Below are positions 45,948-55,542 of a DNA stretch of 64,000 nucleotides, piece by piece; position 1 is the stretch's first letter; each line of letters begins with the position of its first letter. The notes below the pieces were generated by a model, which saw only the letters and a program-made list of their open reading frames with translations, was not told where the DNA came from and did not search any database. Position numbers and translations under genes: made by a program. Origin of the DNA: Bacteroidales bacterium (GTDB taxonomy: Bacteria > Bacteroidota > Bacteroidia > Bacteroidales > G3-4614); the NCBI GenBank assembly GCA_017559955.1, contig JAFYPQ010000048.1, positions 6,450-70,449 of the forward strand. The letters are read 5' to 3'.

Positions 45948-47700
45948 ACATTATCTCCAAATCAAACTCTTTATATAAAGTTACTATATTAGGATTTTTG
46001 CCCACCATATAGTTTAATTTGTCGAGAGGTGAAAATATTGTTTTTCTCGCTACCGGAGCCAATTCTACGACTTCCATATCGATATAGCTATTATTCAACA
46101 CCTTTCGCAAATAAGGTAATAATGAATCTCGTCTATCTTTTAATCGTTGGTGCTGATCGGCATTTGTTACCTGAACCCTGAATTTATAGTTATCTTTCAA
46201 TTCAATAGAGCAACTCTTCATCGTACTTACCAATATCGTTTCTGTTGGGATGGTTGCTGCATACTCTAACCACGCTCTACGCAACTGTTCCAAAGTAAAT
46301 CGATTTGAACACTCCTCGACAGATTGCTCTTTTGATAGCTCCTGTACCTCCGGCTTTTGCGATTGTAGTATCGATATTGTGGCCACCTGTTTAGCCGGTG
46401 CTTTAAAGTTATTTGTTATCGGACGTATCTTTACCTCCTCTGCTTTATTAACTTTAATTTGCGATGTTCTGTTTGGTAATACACTCGCCTCTGCTTTTAT
46501 CTGAGGCTGTTTTGGAGTTTCCGATAGCGAAGTGTTAGGAAGAGCTATTGATTCAAGTTTATACTCTTCCCACCAATAAAGTTCTTCTACTTGGTCAGAT
46601 TTTTTTTTTTGATTGAGCTGACTTATTTTTATAAGTGATAGCTCAACCAACAAACGCTTATTACTGCTTACCTTGTAATTAAAGTCGCACGTACTTGATA
46701 TATCTATCGCCCTATATAAAAAGTCATTTGAGCATTTGGCTGCCTGTTCGGCATATTTCTTTGAGACACTTTCTCCCACCTCTAACAACGGAAGGGTTAC
46801 AGGGTCTTTACATACCAACAAGTCTCGTAAGTGGTTGCTTAAACCCGATATGAAATATTGAGCTTCAAATCCATTTCTCAATATCTCGTCGAATATCATC
46901 AATGCTCCAGATACATTTCCCTCTATGAATGCATCAGTCAATCTGAAATAGTAGTCATAATCTAAAAGATTAAGATTTGCCACTACACTTTTATAGGTAA
47001 TGTTACCTCCCGAGTATGCCGACATTTGATCGAATACCGAAAGAGCATCTCTCATTCCTCCATCACTCTTTTGTGCTATTACCGACAATGCCTCCTCTTC
47101 ATATGCAATACCTTCGCTTTCGGCAACATATTTAAGGTGCTCTACGGTATCTGATATTGATATACGTTGAAAGTCATATATTTGGCAACGAGACAAAATA
47201 GTTGGAAGTATTTTATGCTTCTCGGTCGTTGCCAATATAAATAATGCATGTTGTGGAGGTTCTTCAAGGGTTTTCAAAAATGCATTAAACGCCGCAGGAG
47301 AGAGCATATGAACCTCATCAATTATAAATACTTTGTATTTGCCCAATTGGGGTGGTATGCGAACCTGATCTATTAATTGACGAATATCCTCTACAGAGTT
47401 GTTTGAAGCAGCATCTAATTCGTGAATATTGTACGAACGCCCTTCGTTAAACGATTGACAAGATTCGCAAGAGTTACATGCTTCGCCTTCGGGAGTTGGA
47501 TTGCTACAATTTATTGATTTTGCAAAAATTCTGGCACAAGTAGTTTTTCCTACACCCCTTGGACCGCAAAACAGATAGGCATGAGCAAGTTTATTTGATT
47601 GAATGGCATTTTTAAGTGTTTGGGTAAGCGAACGTTGCCCCACAACAGAGATAAATGTCGAGGGACGATATTTGCGTGCCGATACTATATAATTTTCCAT
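45946..47700 (-). CDS. dnaX: DNA polymerase III subunit tau (gamma/tau), DnaX
   Basis: 584 aa. ARKYRPSTF, GPRGVGKTT Walker A, Zn module C..C..C, DEVHML and SRC motifs. Confidence 0.95.
   Translation of the reverse strand: MENYIVSARKYRPSTFISVVGQRSLTQTLKNAIQSNKLAHAYLFCGPRGVGKTTCARIFAKSINCSNPTPEGEACNSCESCQSFNEGRSYNIHELDAASNNSVEDIRQLIDQVRIPPQLGKYKVFIIDEVHMLSPAAFNAFLKTLEEPPQHALFILATTEKHKILPTILSRCQIYDFQRISISDTVEHLKYVAESEGIAYEEEALSVIAQKSDGGMRDALSVFDQMSAYSGGNITYKSVVANLNLLDYDYYFRLTDAFIEGNVSGALMIFDEILRNGFEAQYFISGLSNHLRDLLVCKDPVTLPLLEVGESVSKKYAEQAAKCSNDFLYRAIDISSTCDFNYKVSSNKRLLVELSLIKISQLNQKKKSDQVEELYWWEEYKLESIALPNTSLSETPKQPQIKAEASVLPNRTSQIKVNKAEEVKIRPITNNFKAPAKQVATISILQSQKPEVQELSKEQSVEECSNRFTLEQLRRAWLEYAATIPTETILVSTMKSCSIELKDNYKFRVQVTNADQHQRLKDRRDSLLPYLRKVLNNSYIDMEVVELAPVARKTIFSPLDKLNYMVGKNPNIVTLYKEFDLEIM
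46600..46610 (-). other. A11 homopolymer / A_AAA_AAA slippery heptamer inside dnaX (candidate recoding site)
   Basis: T11 on the plus strand. The coding strand reads CAA AAA AAA AAA TCT GAC CAA GTA G (Q364-K-K-K-S368). The -1 frame gives ATC TGA and the +1 frame gives CTG ACC AAG TAG. Confidence 0.5.
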
Positions 47701-47761
47701 TCTGTATTTCTTTTTTTCTTGCTAAATGCGAAGTTACTATTTTTTTAGTTATTGCACAAGT

Positions 47762-48229
47762 CTATTTCATATTAAATGAAAATGGCAACAAACTTTTTGC
47801 CGATTCAATTATATAAGCCTCTTGTTTTGCATATATAATTATACGAATAGGAATATTTTGTCGATTCTCATACTCCAATAACACCTGACGGCAGGCTCCG
47901 CAAGGGAATGCCAAGATCTCCTCTTCCCTATTTTTATCGTAAGCTGTTACGGCTATCGCTTCGATTATAGCATTGGGGTTTTGTGCCGAAGCCGAATATA
48001 AGGCCACTCTTTCGGCACACATCCCCGATGGGTATGCTTCGTTCTCTTGATTACTACCCAAGACCACCATTCCCGCACACTCAACAGCAGACCCTACACA
48101 AAAATTTGAATACGGAGCATAAGACCCTTGTTGTGCCTCCTGCGATTTGGCAATTAGATTTTTATCCCTGTCTGATAACTCAGTGTAGGGGTAAATGCTT
48201 ATCTTTGCAACAAAATCAATCTCTTTCAT
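47762..48229 (-). CDS. cdd: Cytidine deaminase
   Basis: 155 aa. Zinc motifs CAERVAL and PCGACRQ. Confidence 0.9.
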   Translation of the reverse strand: MKEIDFVAKISIYPYTELSDRDKNLIAKSQEAQQGSYAPYSNFCVGSAVECAGMVVLGSNQENEAYPSGMCAERVALYSASAQNPNAIIEAIAVTAYDKNREEEILAFPCGACRQVLLEYENRQNIPIRIIIYAKQEAYIIESAKSLLPFSFNMK

Positions 48230-48256
48230 ATAAAAACATTATATATTGCGAAGGTA

Positions 48257-49192
48257 ATGAAAAATTTCTCATCTTTTATAATTAACAATAGTTATATAAA
48301 AATTTTTACCATTTTACTAATTGTTTTCGGTATCAATTCCGGGATGTTTGCTCAATCGCAAAACAAAACCTATCTCTCCTACATAGAGAAATATAAGGAT
48401 GAGGCTATCCGCCAACAAAAGAGGTATAAAATACCTGCAAGCATTACCCTCGCCCAAGGACTTTTAGAATCGGGAGCGGGAAATGGCAAACTTGCAAGAG
48501 AGTCGAACAATCACTTCGGCATTAAATGCCACGGAGTATGGAATGGAGAAAAGGTCTATCACGACGACGACGAAAAAGGCGAATGTTTTAGAAAATATGA
48601 CAATCCTTTACAATCGTACGAAGACCATTCTCTTTTTTTGACTTCTCGTCCAAGATATTCCGAACTTTTTGAATTGGAGATTACCGACTACAAAGGTTGG
48701 GCAAACGGATTGAAAAGATGCGGATATGCAACAGACAAAGCATACGCAAGTAAACTTATTGGAATTATAGAGCTATACAATCTAAACCACTACGATAAAG
48801 AGGCATTAAAAAAGAAAGAGAAAAAGAATTTTGTTGAGGCTCCTCATACCCCTTACACATCTTGGGAGTTGCTATACATTGAAGCCCGCCAAGGCGACAC
48901 ATTCAACAGCATTGGCAAAGAGTTTGGAATAAAGCCTCGAAAATTGGCAAAATATAACGACCTCCCCAAAGATGCTGTTTTAACAGATGGTATGGTTATA
49001 TACCTGGAAGAGAAAAATAAATACTCTAAAAAAGGACATAAATACCATATCATAAGAGAGGGAGAGTCGCTTCACTCTATTGCCCAAAAATATGGAATAA
49101 AATTATCTTCTATATACTCTCTAAACGAAATAAGTTCGGATTACGTTCCTCAAATCGGAGAGAAGCTAAAACTTAACAGGAAGATAAAATAA
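48257..49192 (+). CDS. Peptidoglycan hydrolase: glucosaminidase (GH73/FlgJ-like) domain plus two LysM domains
   Basis: 311 aa with a signal peptide. ASITLAQGLLESGAGNGKLARESNNHFGIKC is the glucosaminidase motif. LysM units are YIEARQGDTFNSIGKEFGIKPRKLAKYN and YHIIREGESLHSIAQKYGIKLSSIYSLN. Confidence 0.8.
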   Translation: MKNFSSFIINNSYIKIFTILLIVFGINSGMFAQSQNKTYLSYIEKYKDEAIRQQKRYKIPASITLAQGLLESGAGNGKLARESNNHFGIKCHGVWNGEKVYHDDDEKGECFRKYDNPLQSYEDHSLFLTSRPRYSELFELEITDYKGWANGLKRCGYATDKAYASKLIGIIELYNLNHYDKEALKKKEKKNFVEAPHTPYTSWELLYIEARQGDTFNSIGKEFGIKPRKLAKYNDLPKDAVLTDGMVIYLEEKNKYSKKGHKYHIIREGESLHSIAQKYGIKLSSIYSLNEISSDYVPQIGEKLKLNRKIK

Positions 49193-49206
49193 AGAATTAT
49201 CGTAGC

Positions 49207-49245
49207 AAAAAAATAGACAACATCTTGTGTTGCCTATTTTTTTTT
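49207..49245. terminator. Bidirectional rho-independent terminator
   Basis: 10-bp stem atagacaaca / tgttgcctat (one mismatch) with a 5-nt loop, flanked by A7 and T9. It lies between convergent genes. Confidence 0.7.
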
Positions 49246-49261
49246 GCATTATGACAATCTC

Positions 49262-50662
49262 TTAGAGCCCCCATTTATGGCGTTGTCCAAATGTAAAACT
49301 TAGTCCTAATGAGGTATTTATATGAAATTTATTAATTGGCAGATAATATTCAGGTGTAACTTTTATCCCGGGATAACAATCAACAGCCAAGAAGAGATTA
49401 AATCCTTTTGGACACAAATTTAATAAAGCCCCAAACGAACCTCCCATATTTGAAATTGTTCCATTCAAAGACATCATAAAGACTTTTTTAGCTCTAAAAT
49501 TTGCAACAAACATTCCCTCTGTGTATGTTTCTCTTCCAAAACGAGTATGCGACAAAACTCCTAACGATATTGCATTATTCAAGAATGAATATTCGGCTCC
49601 AACATTTACCGAGGCATTCAAGAATGATGTCGTTTGTGGTTTATTAACCTCTTTAAACTCGAGTATATCAGAAAATTGCTCTTCTAAATCATCAGCACTC
49701 TCATCACTACCGGTGTTAACTCCATCATATAGCACTGTTGACACAGTCTCTGCCGAGACATTGTGTTTCCAAAGCATAAATCCCAAATCATTGATCGAAG
49801 CAGATATTTCAAGATTTTCTATAGGACGATATGTTACTCCCAAGTCAAATGCAAGACCACCTCCTGCTATTCCTAATTGAGAGTCATCAAACTCAATGCC
49901 ATCGATAACCTGGCAAGGCTCGCCTTCTGAATTAATTTCGGTTGTATTATTCAATTTAACTCCCTTTGCCGACACGTTAGCAGTACCTCTGCTGTTTATT
50001 ATCCATTGAGAGTTTATATTATCCATGGTAATATCCATTTGATCAATGTTCAAGTCTGCATTCACCAATCCAATCAAACCCTTAATCTTAGCTCCTATAG
50101 TCCATTTTTCGTTTATTTTATGAGAATGACCTAATGCTATATCGAAATAGGCAGATGTTCTAAGATTAATATCTCTAACTTTATAGTGAGTAGGGAGAGT
50201 TGTCGATTGACGGCCCACCTTCAAGAATTCAAAAATCTCCTTAGGCATTTGAGTTCCTGCAGAGGTATGTAAAGAGACATCAAAGGTGTTAAATCCATTC
50301 CATTTATAAAACCCGAAAGAGAGCAAGTCCATATCAAAATTAGTTACAATCCTATTTTGAGACTTCAAACTCCCCAGAAACTCTTTCGAACTAACCTCAG
50401 GGCTTAAAAAAGTCAATAGTTCTCCGCTCTCAGACGGATATAGGAATGTTCCTAATCCGACATTGCTACTTACTCCGAAATTAACATTTCCTAAAAGAGG
50501 AAAACTCACATAACCATATTCACTCGATAAAGCAGGATTTAATTTATGTCGGGTTGTCATTCCTTCGAGAAAGTACGCCGAGTGTGCCGTCTGTGCTGTT
50601 GCCGGAACAATTGCAAATATTCCCAATAGTGCAACAAATATATTTCTTATATATCTTTTCAT
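49262..50662 (-). CDS. Putative outer-membrane beta-barrel protein (possibly DUF5723 family)
   Basis: 466 aa. Signal peptide (VPATA|QTAHS), N-terminal SAYFLEGMTTRHKLNPA, many alternating-hydrophobic strands and a C-terminal LGLSFTFGQRHKWGL. The family name is from memory. Confidence 0.5.
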   Translation of the reverse strand: MKRYIRNIFVALLGIFAIVPATAQTAHSAYFLEGMTTRHKLNPALSSEYGYVSFPLLGNVNFGVSSNVGLGTFLYPSESGELLTFLSPEVSSKEFLGSLKSQNRIVTNFDMDLLSFGFYKWNGFNTFDVSLHTSAGTQMPKEIFEFLKVGRQSTTLPTHYKVRDINLRTSAYFDIALGHSHKINEKWTIGAKIKGLIGLVNADLNIDQMDITMDNINSQWIINSRGTANVSAKGVKLNNTTEINSEGEPCQVIDGIEFDDSQLGIAGGGLAFDLGVTYRPIENLEISASINDLGFMLWKHNVSAETVSTVLYDGVNTGSDESADDLEEQFSDILEFKEVNKPQTTSFLNASVNVGAEYSFLNNAISLGVLSHTRFGRETYTEGMFVANFRAKKVFMMSLNGTISNMGGSFGALLNLCPKGFNLFLAVDCYPGIKVTPEYYLPINKFHINTSLGLSFTFGQRHKWGL

Positions 50663-50676
50663 CTCTATTTCTGTTT

Positions 50677-52500
50677 TTATAAGTTATCAATATCTACATC
50701 TAATCCCTCGGGTAATTCCAAATCAATCTTCATACTTAGCGATTGATATTTAGAGATAAGTCCACTATCTGGGAATAACACCTTAACCTGCCATTTTATT
50801 TGGTCTATTTTTTGCATCTCCCCTTCATGCAATTCGTGAATTTCAATTTTCAGGCTTGTTTCTGTCGGCACTACATTCTCTGTCAACTCGATTGTTTGTG
50901 AGGCCTTTATCTTTTCGGGAATTATCACCTCCACACCATCTATTTTATTGCCATAAACATCATATAGCTCTGCCGACAACTCCATATCTGCTGGGAATCC
51001 ATTTAATACTTTAGCATTAGCATATATTGTCTTAGCAGATATAGTTTCGAATATATCGGCGTTCAAATCGTCGGTTACATCAGAATATACGATGCAAGAG
51101 TTTTCCTCTAACATAAACGGTACTCGAACCTCATATTTTATATCGACATGATATGGCTCGCCCATATAAAAATCGTATATATGATTGGGATCGGTATATC
51201 CTCTACCCGACACCTCTATATACGATGGTATTTTTTGTGTTATAGTTCCTAACTCCAAACACTCCACAAAATCATACCCTAAATTATCTAATTCAGGAAT
51301 TCGTTGACACGCAACATATTCATAATTTATTGTTGCTCCGGGAGTATCATGGTCATCTCCCGGTACTGCAATGTGATTAACCTCTATTTCTATCTTCTCC
51401 CCATTTTCATTGTAAATATTATTTCCCTTCTCATCTTTTGGAACCAAAACAATATCAGCATATATTGTATCCATAGGCACTGTTGTCTCTATCACTATGG
51501 GAATGTATGGATTGGTTAGGATTAGCGATGTTTCGGGATTATTCAAGAAATCGGGCAATTCCCCTATATAAACCCTCTCTTTCTCCAACACATCACTCAT
51601 TGTTGCATTACCGAAGGCTTCGTCAATATATACCTCAGGAATATTTAGAGAGGGAGCTATCTGCAAGGTTTGCTCCACTATCGCTCCCGAATTTGAAACC
51701 GACAAAGATATTGCTCCGCTCAATGAGACCTCCTCGTCAAGGATTATTTTGTTATTGACAAACATATCCTCCCCTATCGCAACTCCATTTATTTTTACCC
51801 CTATAACAACAGAATTCTCCATAGCCTCTCCATTCAAGACTATTACATTCGAATTATCATCTGTCGTTACCGTTATATTACCTGATGCAGTTATCTGCTC
51901 TTTATCCATAATCAAAGCAGAGGGCAACTCCAATTTATAATTGTCAAATTTAATTTTATCAACTTTTAATCCTGATTGAGAAGAGACTGCTTTTCCTGAG
52001 CCATCCAATATCTCGAATTTAATTGTTGACACCCAATTATCATGAGTATAAATTTTCTCGATATAGGTTACTTTTTCATCTATTTTTGCTGTTTCACAAT
52101 GCAGATTAGCATTATAATCTGTCAAATCAGAAGGTAATTCAAATGTTACACTTCCTGTTGGGATTATGGCATTAAATGATTTTATTACTCCGAAATCGGG
52201 ATTTTGTTCGGGTATTCTCACCTTATCTACAATTTGCATTTCGACACTGAGAACTTCGCTATTTGTCGAAATTTCATAAACTCCTTTCTCGTTTAGAACA
52301 ATCTCATCTTCTGATGATATTAAATCGTCAAAATACAAATCACCTGTTTGAAGCAACGGGAAGTTTATTCCATTTTCGAACAGATGTATATCGTCTGAAA
52401 TATTATCCATATCGTACCTTTCATCAACGCAAGACGTCGTTGATATAATTATAGGCATACAACCTATGGCTAAAAGCAAATTCTTCATATTCATTCTCAT
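50677..52500 (-). CDS. Large hypothetical lipoprotein, likely surface-exposed
   Basis: 607 aa. Lipobox ISTTSC|VDERYDMDNISDD with acidic residues directly after Cys+1, resembling the Bacteroidota lipoprotein export signal. Beta-rich and acidic. It ends 14 nt upstream of the barrel gene. Confidence 0.5.
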   Translation of the reverse strand: MRMNMKNLLLAIGCMPIIISTTSCVDERYDMDNISDDIHLFENGINFPLLQTGDLYFDDLISSEDEIVLNEKGVYEISTNSEVLSVEMQIVDKVRIPEQNPDFGVIKSFNAIIPTGSVTFELPSDLTDYNANLHCETAKIDEKVTYIEKIYTHDNWVSTIKFEILDGSGKAVSSQSGLKVDKIKFDNYKLELPSALIMDKEQITASGNITVTTDDNSNVIVLNGEAMENSVVIGVKINGVAIGEDMFVNNKIILDEEVSLSGAISLSVSNSGAIVEQTLQIAPSLNIPEVYIDEAFGNATMSDVLEKERVYIGELPDFLNNPETSLILTNPYIPIVIETTVPMDTIYADIVLVPKDEKGNNIYNENGEKIEIEVNHIAVPGDDHDTPGATINYEYVACQRIPELDNLGYDFVECLELGTITQKIPSYIEVSGRGYTDPNHIYDFYMGEPYHVDIKYEVRVPFMLEENSCIVYSDVTDDLNADIFETISAKTIYANAKVLNGFPADMELSAELYDVYGNKIDGVEVIIPEKIKASQTIELTENVVPTETSLKIEIHELHEGEMQKIDQIKWQVKVLFPDSGLISKYQSLSMKIDLELPEGLDVDIDNL

Positions 52501-52562
52501 ATCTGTTTATTTTTATTGTCCTTTACATTGTTTGTCGAATACAAACATCTATCTCTCAAATA

Positions 52563-52570
52563 CAAAGATA
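52563..52570 (-). promoter_or_regulatory. Putative -7 box for the lipoprotein/barrel pair
   Basis: Plus-strand caaagata is tatctttg on the minus strand, 63 nt upstream of the ATG at 52500. Confidence 0.35.
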
Positions 52571-52680
52571 AGTAAAATAAATAAATATATGCATATTTTA
52601 GCATTTTTTTACATAAAAATATTCATATTCATTAAACCTTCTCTTGATAGTTATGTCAAATAACTAAATTTCTCGTACCG

Positions 52681-55473
52681 ATGAAGCAATTTATTAAATA
52701 TATATCATACATAATCATACTATCGCTTACCATTTTCGACGTTTATGCACAAGGAAAATCTTCTGTTTCAGGCATAGTTATAGATGAAATCAAAGCTCCT
52801 ATGCCTCAACTGAGTGTAAGAGTTTTAAATTCAAAAGACAGCAGTTTTGTAAAAGGAAGCACATCTTCAGACAAAGGCAAATTTAAAATCAGTGAACTAT
52901 CCGAAGGCAGCTACATATTTCATTTTTCTTACTTAGGATATAATGATTTATATAAAAATGTTTCGGTAAAGAGCGGCAAAGAGAGTATAAATTTAGGAAC
53001 AATAGAGATGAAGCCTGCCGACATTATGCTGTCGGAAGCTGTTATTGTAGGCAAAACTCCCGATATTATCGCAAAAGAAGACACCCTCGAATATAATGCC
53101 GATTCGTATAAAACGCAACCCAATGCCGTGGTTGAGGATATGATAAAAAAGATGCCGGGAATTGAGATTGACGAAAATGGGAAAATCACAGCCAATGGAA
53201 AAGAGGTAAAGAAAATATTAATTGACGGACAAGAGTTTTTCTCGGACGATCCAAAAGTCGCATCTAAAAACCTTCCTGCAAATATGGTAGATAAACTGCA
53301 AGTTATCGACAGGAAATCGGACGAAGCAAGATTCTCGGGAGTTGACGACGGAGAAGATGAAACCATAATTAATCTGACCGTAAAAAAAGGAATGAAAAAT
53401 GGTTGGTTCGGAAATATTCAGGCAGGAGGAGCTACAGGAGCCAGATATGAAGGAATGCTTATGGCCAACTACTTTAAAGACACTAATCAATTGACCATAT
53501 TGGCAGGAGCAAACAATACAAACAATATGGGTGCCGCCGATTTGGGAGGCACTATGTTTTCGGGCAGTTCAAGACGAGGAAGAGGAGACCGAGGTCCTAT
53601 GCAAGGAGAAAACAGTTCGGCAGTGGCAGGTCTTAATTTTAATGTGGGCAAAACCGATAAGTTCAGAGCCGGAGGCGACGTAAAATATGCATATTCCGAC
53701 CTGGATTTAAAAGAGCATAGCGAACGTCAAAACTTTTTATCGCCCGACAGTTCAACCTTCGACAATTCCCTTAAAGAGAATAGAAACAAAAGCCATAATA
53801 TTGAGATGAATTATCGCCTTTTGTGGAATCCCGACGAATATACTCAAATTGAATTCAGACCAAACTTTAAATTCAACAGCTCAAAAATGAGCAACAACAG
53901 TGCTTCAAGCTCATTTGGAATTAATGATTTAGGACAAGAGGAACGAATAACAACAGGGTCGTTAAACTCTCATAGCAAAGCAAACGGCTATAACGTTTCG
54001 GGCAGACTCAGTGTGAGCCGCAAATTAAAAGGCAAAGAGGGGCGTCAAATAAGTTTAAGTTTAAACTATGGCTACAACAATAGCAAAGAAGACGGGTATA
54101 GCTACAACAATACAAGTTTTTATAAAAGTGGCGTAATAGAAAATACCGACTTAAAAGACAACAACCACAGTTGGGGTGGCAGCTATGACATAAGAGCCTC
54201 TTATGTTGAGCCTATAAACAAACATACCACTTGGTCGGTTTCATACAACTACAGATATAATTATACCTATGCCGACAAGTTATCGTATAACATAAATAGC
54301 GATGGTTCATTAGGGGATTTAAACACTGAGTATAGCAATAGTTTTAGAAATAATTTCCAACGACACAAAGCCAGTACCTCTTTTAATGGAACATACGATA
54401 AAATGAATTATAATGTGGGGCTTGATTTTGAGCCTTCAAAATCAGAGTCTCGCAACTTGATTGATAGCAGCAGGGATGTTGACGGCAAAATGCAATTCAA
54501 CCTCTCTCCTTTTCTAAGGTATAATTACTCTATCAGCCAAAATGAATATCTTAGAATTAGTTACAGAGGAAGAACCCAACAGCCCTCTATTTCTCAACTT
54601 CAACCAAGTCAAACTATTTCGGACCCCCTTCGCAGAACAGAAGGTAATCCCGATCTTAAAGCGTCATACGACAACTCTCTAAATATAAGATATAATAGTT
54701 TTAATAGGGAGAGACAACGTTCGATGATGCTTATGCTTAACGCCAATTACGTTATGAACAGCATTGTTAATGCCACATTCTACGACAAGGAGGGGATACA
54801 GATTACCAAACCGGTGAATGAAAATGGCGTGTGGAATATATGGAGTATGTTTTTAACAAATATGCCTTTCAAAAATAAAAAATTCTCTTTCAATAATTTT
54901 ACAAGTTTCGGATGTAACAGGCAAATAGGTTACTCTAACTCTTTGCGAAATGCCTCTATGAATTACAACATCAAAGAGAATTTGGAATTTGTATATAGCG
55001 ACTCTTTCGGTGATATTAGAATTGGCGGTAACGGAGGTTATCAAAGGACTAAAAACTCTATTCAATCATCAAGAAACGAAAATACTTTTGATTATGGAGC
55101 TAAATTTGCCACAACTATATACATACCCAGCAATATTACTTTTACAACAGATGTGAACTTCAACGGCAAAGCCGGTTACTCTGATGGTTATGACAAAAAA
55201 GTATGGCTGTGGAACGCCCAACTCTCTTGGAACTTCTTAAAACAAAAACAGGCTTCACTTATTGTTAGAGCATACGACATATTAAATCAAAACAAGAATA
55301 TCAGCCGTAGTGTTACCGGTAACTATATTCAAGATATTGAAACAAACAGTGTAGGCAGATACGTTATGTTCTCTTTTGCATACCGTTTTAACTCTTTCGC
55401 AAAGAAGGGTGAATCGACTCCCCAAATTGAGATGAACAACAGACGAGGCCCTCACGGAGGCGGAAGATGGTAA
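52681..55473 (+). CDS. Outer-membrane beta-barrel protein with an N-terminal CarboxypepD_reg domain and TonB-dependent-receptor-like plug
   Basis: 930 aa with a signal peptide. VSGIVIDEIKAPMPQLSVRVLN...GKFKISELSEGSYIFHFSYLGY is a CarboxypepD_reg-like domain. DTLEYNADSY...MIKKMPGIEIDENGKITANGKEVKKILIDGQEFF is plug-like. The barrel ends ...YVMFSFAYRF. Confidence 0.7.
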   Translation: MKQFIKYISYIIILSLTIFDVYAQGKSSVSGIVIDEIKAPMPQLSVRVLNSKDSSFVKGSTSSDKGKFKISELSEGSYIFHFSYLGYNDLYKNVSVKSGKESINLGTIEMKPADIMLSEAVIVGKTPDIIAKEDTLEYNADSYKTQPNAVVEDMIKKMPGIEIDENGKITANGKEVKKILIDGQEFFSDDPKVASKNLPANMVDKLQVIDRKSDEARFSGVDDGEDETIINLTVKKGMKNGWFGNIQAGGATGARYEGMLMANYFKDTNQLTILAGANNTNNMGAADLGGTMFSGSSRRGRGDRGPMQGENSSAVAGLNFNVGKTDKFRAGGDVKYAYSDLDLKEHSERQNFLSPDSSTFDNSLKENRNKSHNIEMNYRLLWNPDEYTQIEFRPNFKFNSSKMSNNSASSSFGINDLGQEERITTGSLNSHSKANGYNVSGRLSVSRKLKGKEGRQISLSLNYGYNNSKEDGYSYNNTSFYKSGVIENTDLKDNNHSWGGSYDIRASYVEPINKHTTWSVSYNYRYNYTYADKLSYNINSDGSLGDLNTEYSNSFRNNFQRHKASTSFNGTYDKMNYNVGLDFEPSKSESRNLIDSSRDVDGKMQFNLSPFLRYNYSISQNEYLRISYRGRTQQPSISQLQPSQTISDPLRRTEGNPDLKASYDNSLNIRYNSFNRERQRSMMLMLNANYVMNSIVNATFYDKEGIQITKPVNENGVWNIWSMFLTNMPFKNKKFSFNNFTSFGCNRQIGYSNSLRNASMNYNIKENLEFVYSDSFGDIRIGGNGGYQRTKNSIQSSRNENTFDYGAKFATTIYIPSNITFTTDVNFNGKAGYSDGYDKKVWLWNAQLSWNFLKQKQASLIVRAYDILNQNKNISRSVTGNYIQDIETNSVGRYVMFSFAYRFNSFAKKGESTPQIEMNNRRGPHGGGRW

Positions 55474-55542
55474 TTTACAGATTTATATACCAATAGAGGG
55501 CGACTGATTAGCCGCCCTCTATTGGTATATATGGGTTATTAA

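Noticed and set aside
46538-46570. Hairpin (ggaagag ... ctcttcc, 7-bp stem with a 19-nt loop) downstream of the dnaX A-run, as a possible frameshift stimulator
   Set aside because: It begins 29 nt after the slippery run, whereas known -1 PRF stimulators sit about 5-9 nt downstream. The stem is also short and the loop long. It is not needed if slippage is transcriptional.
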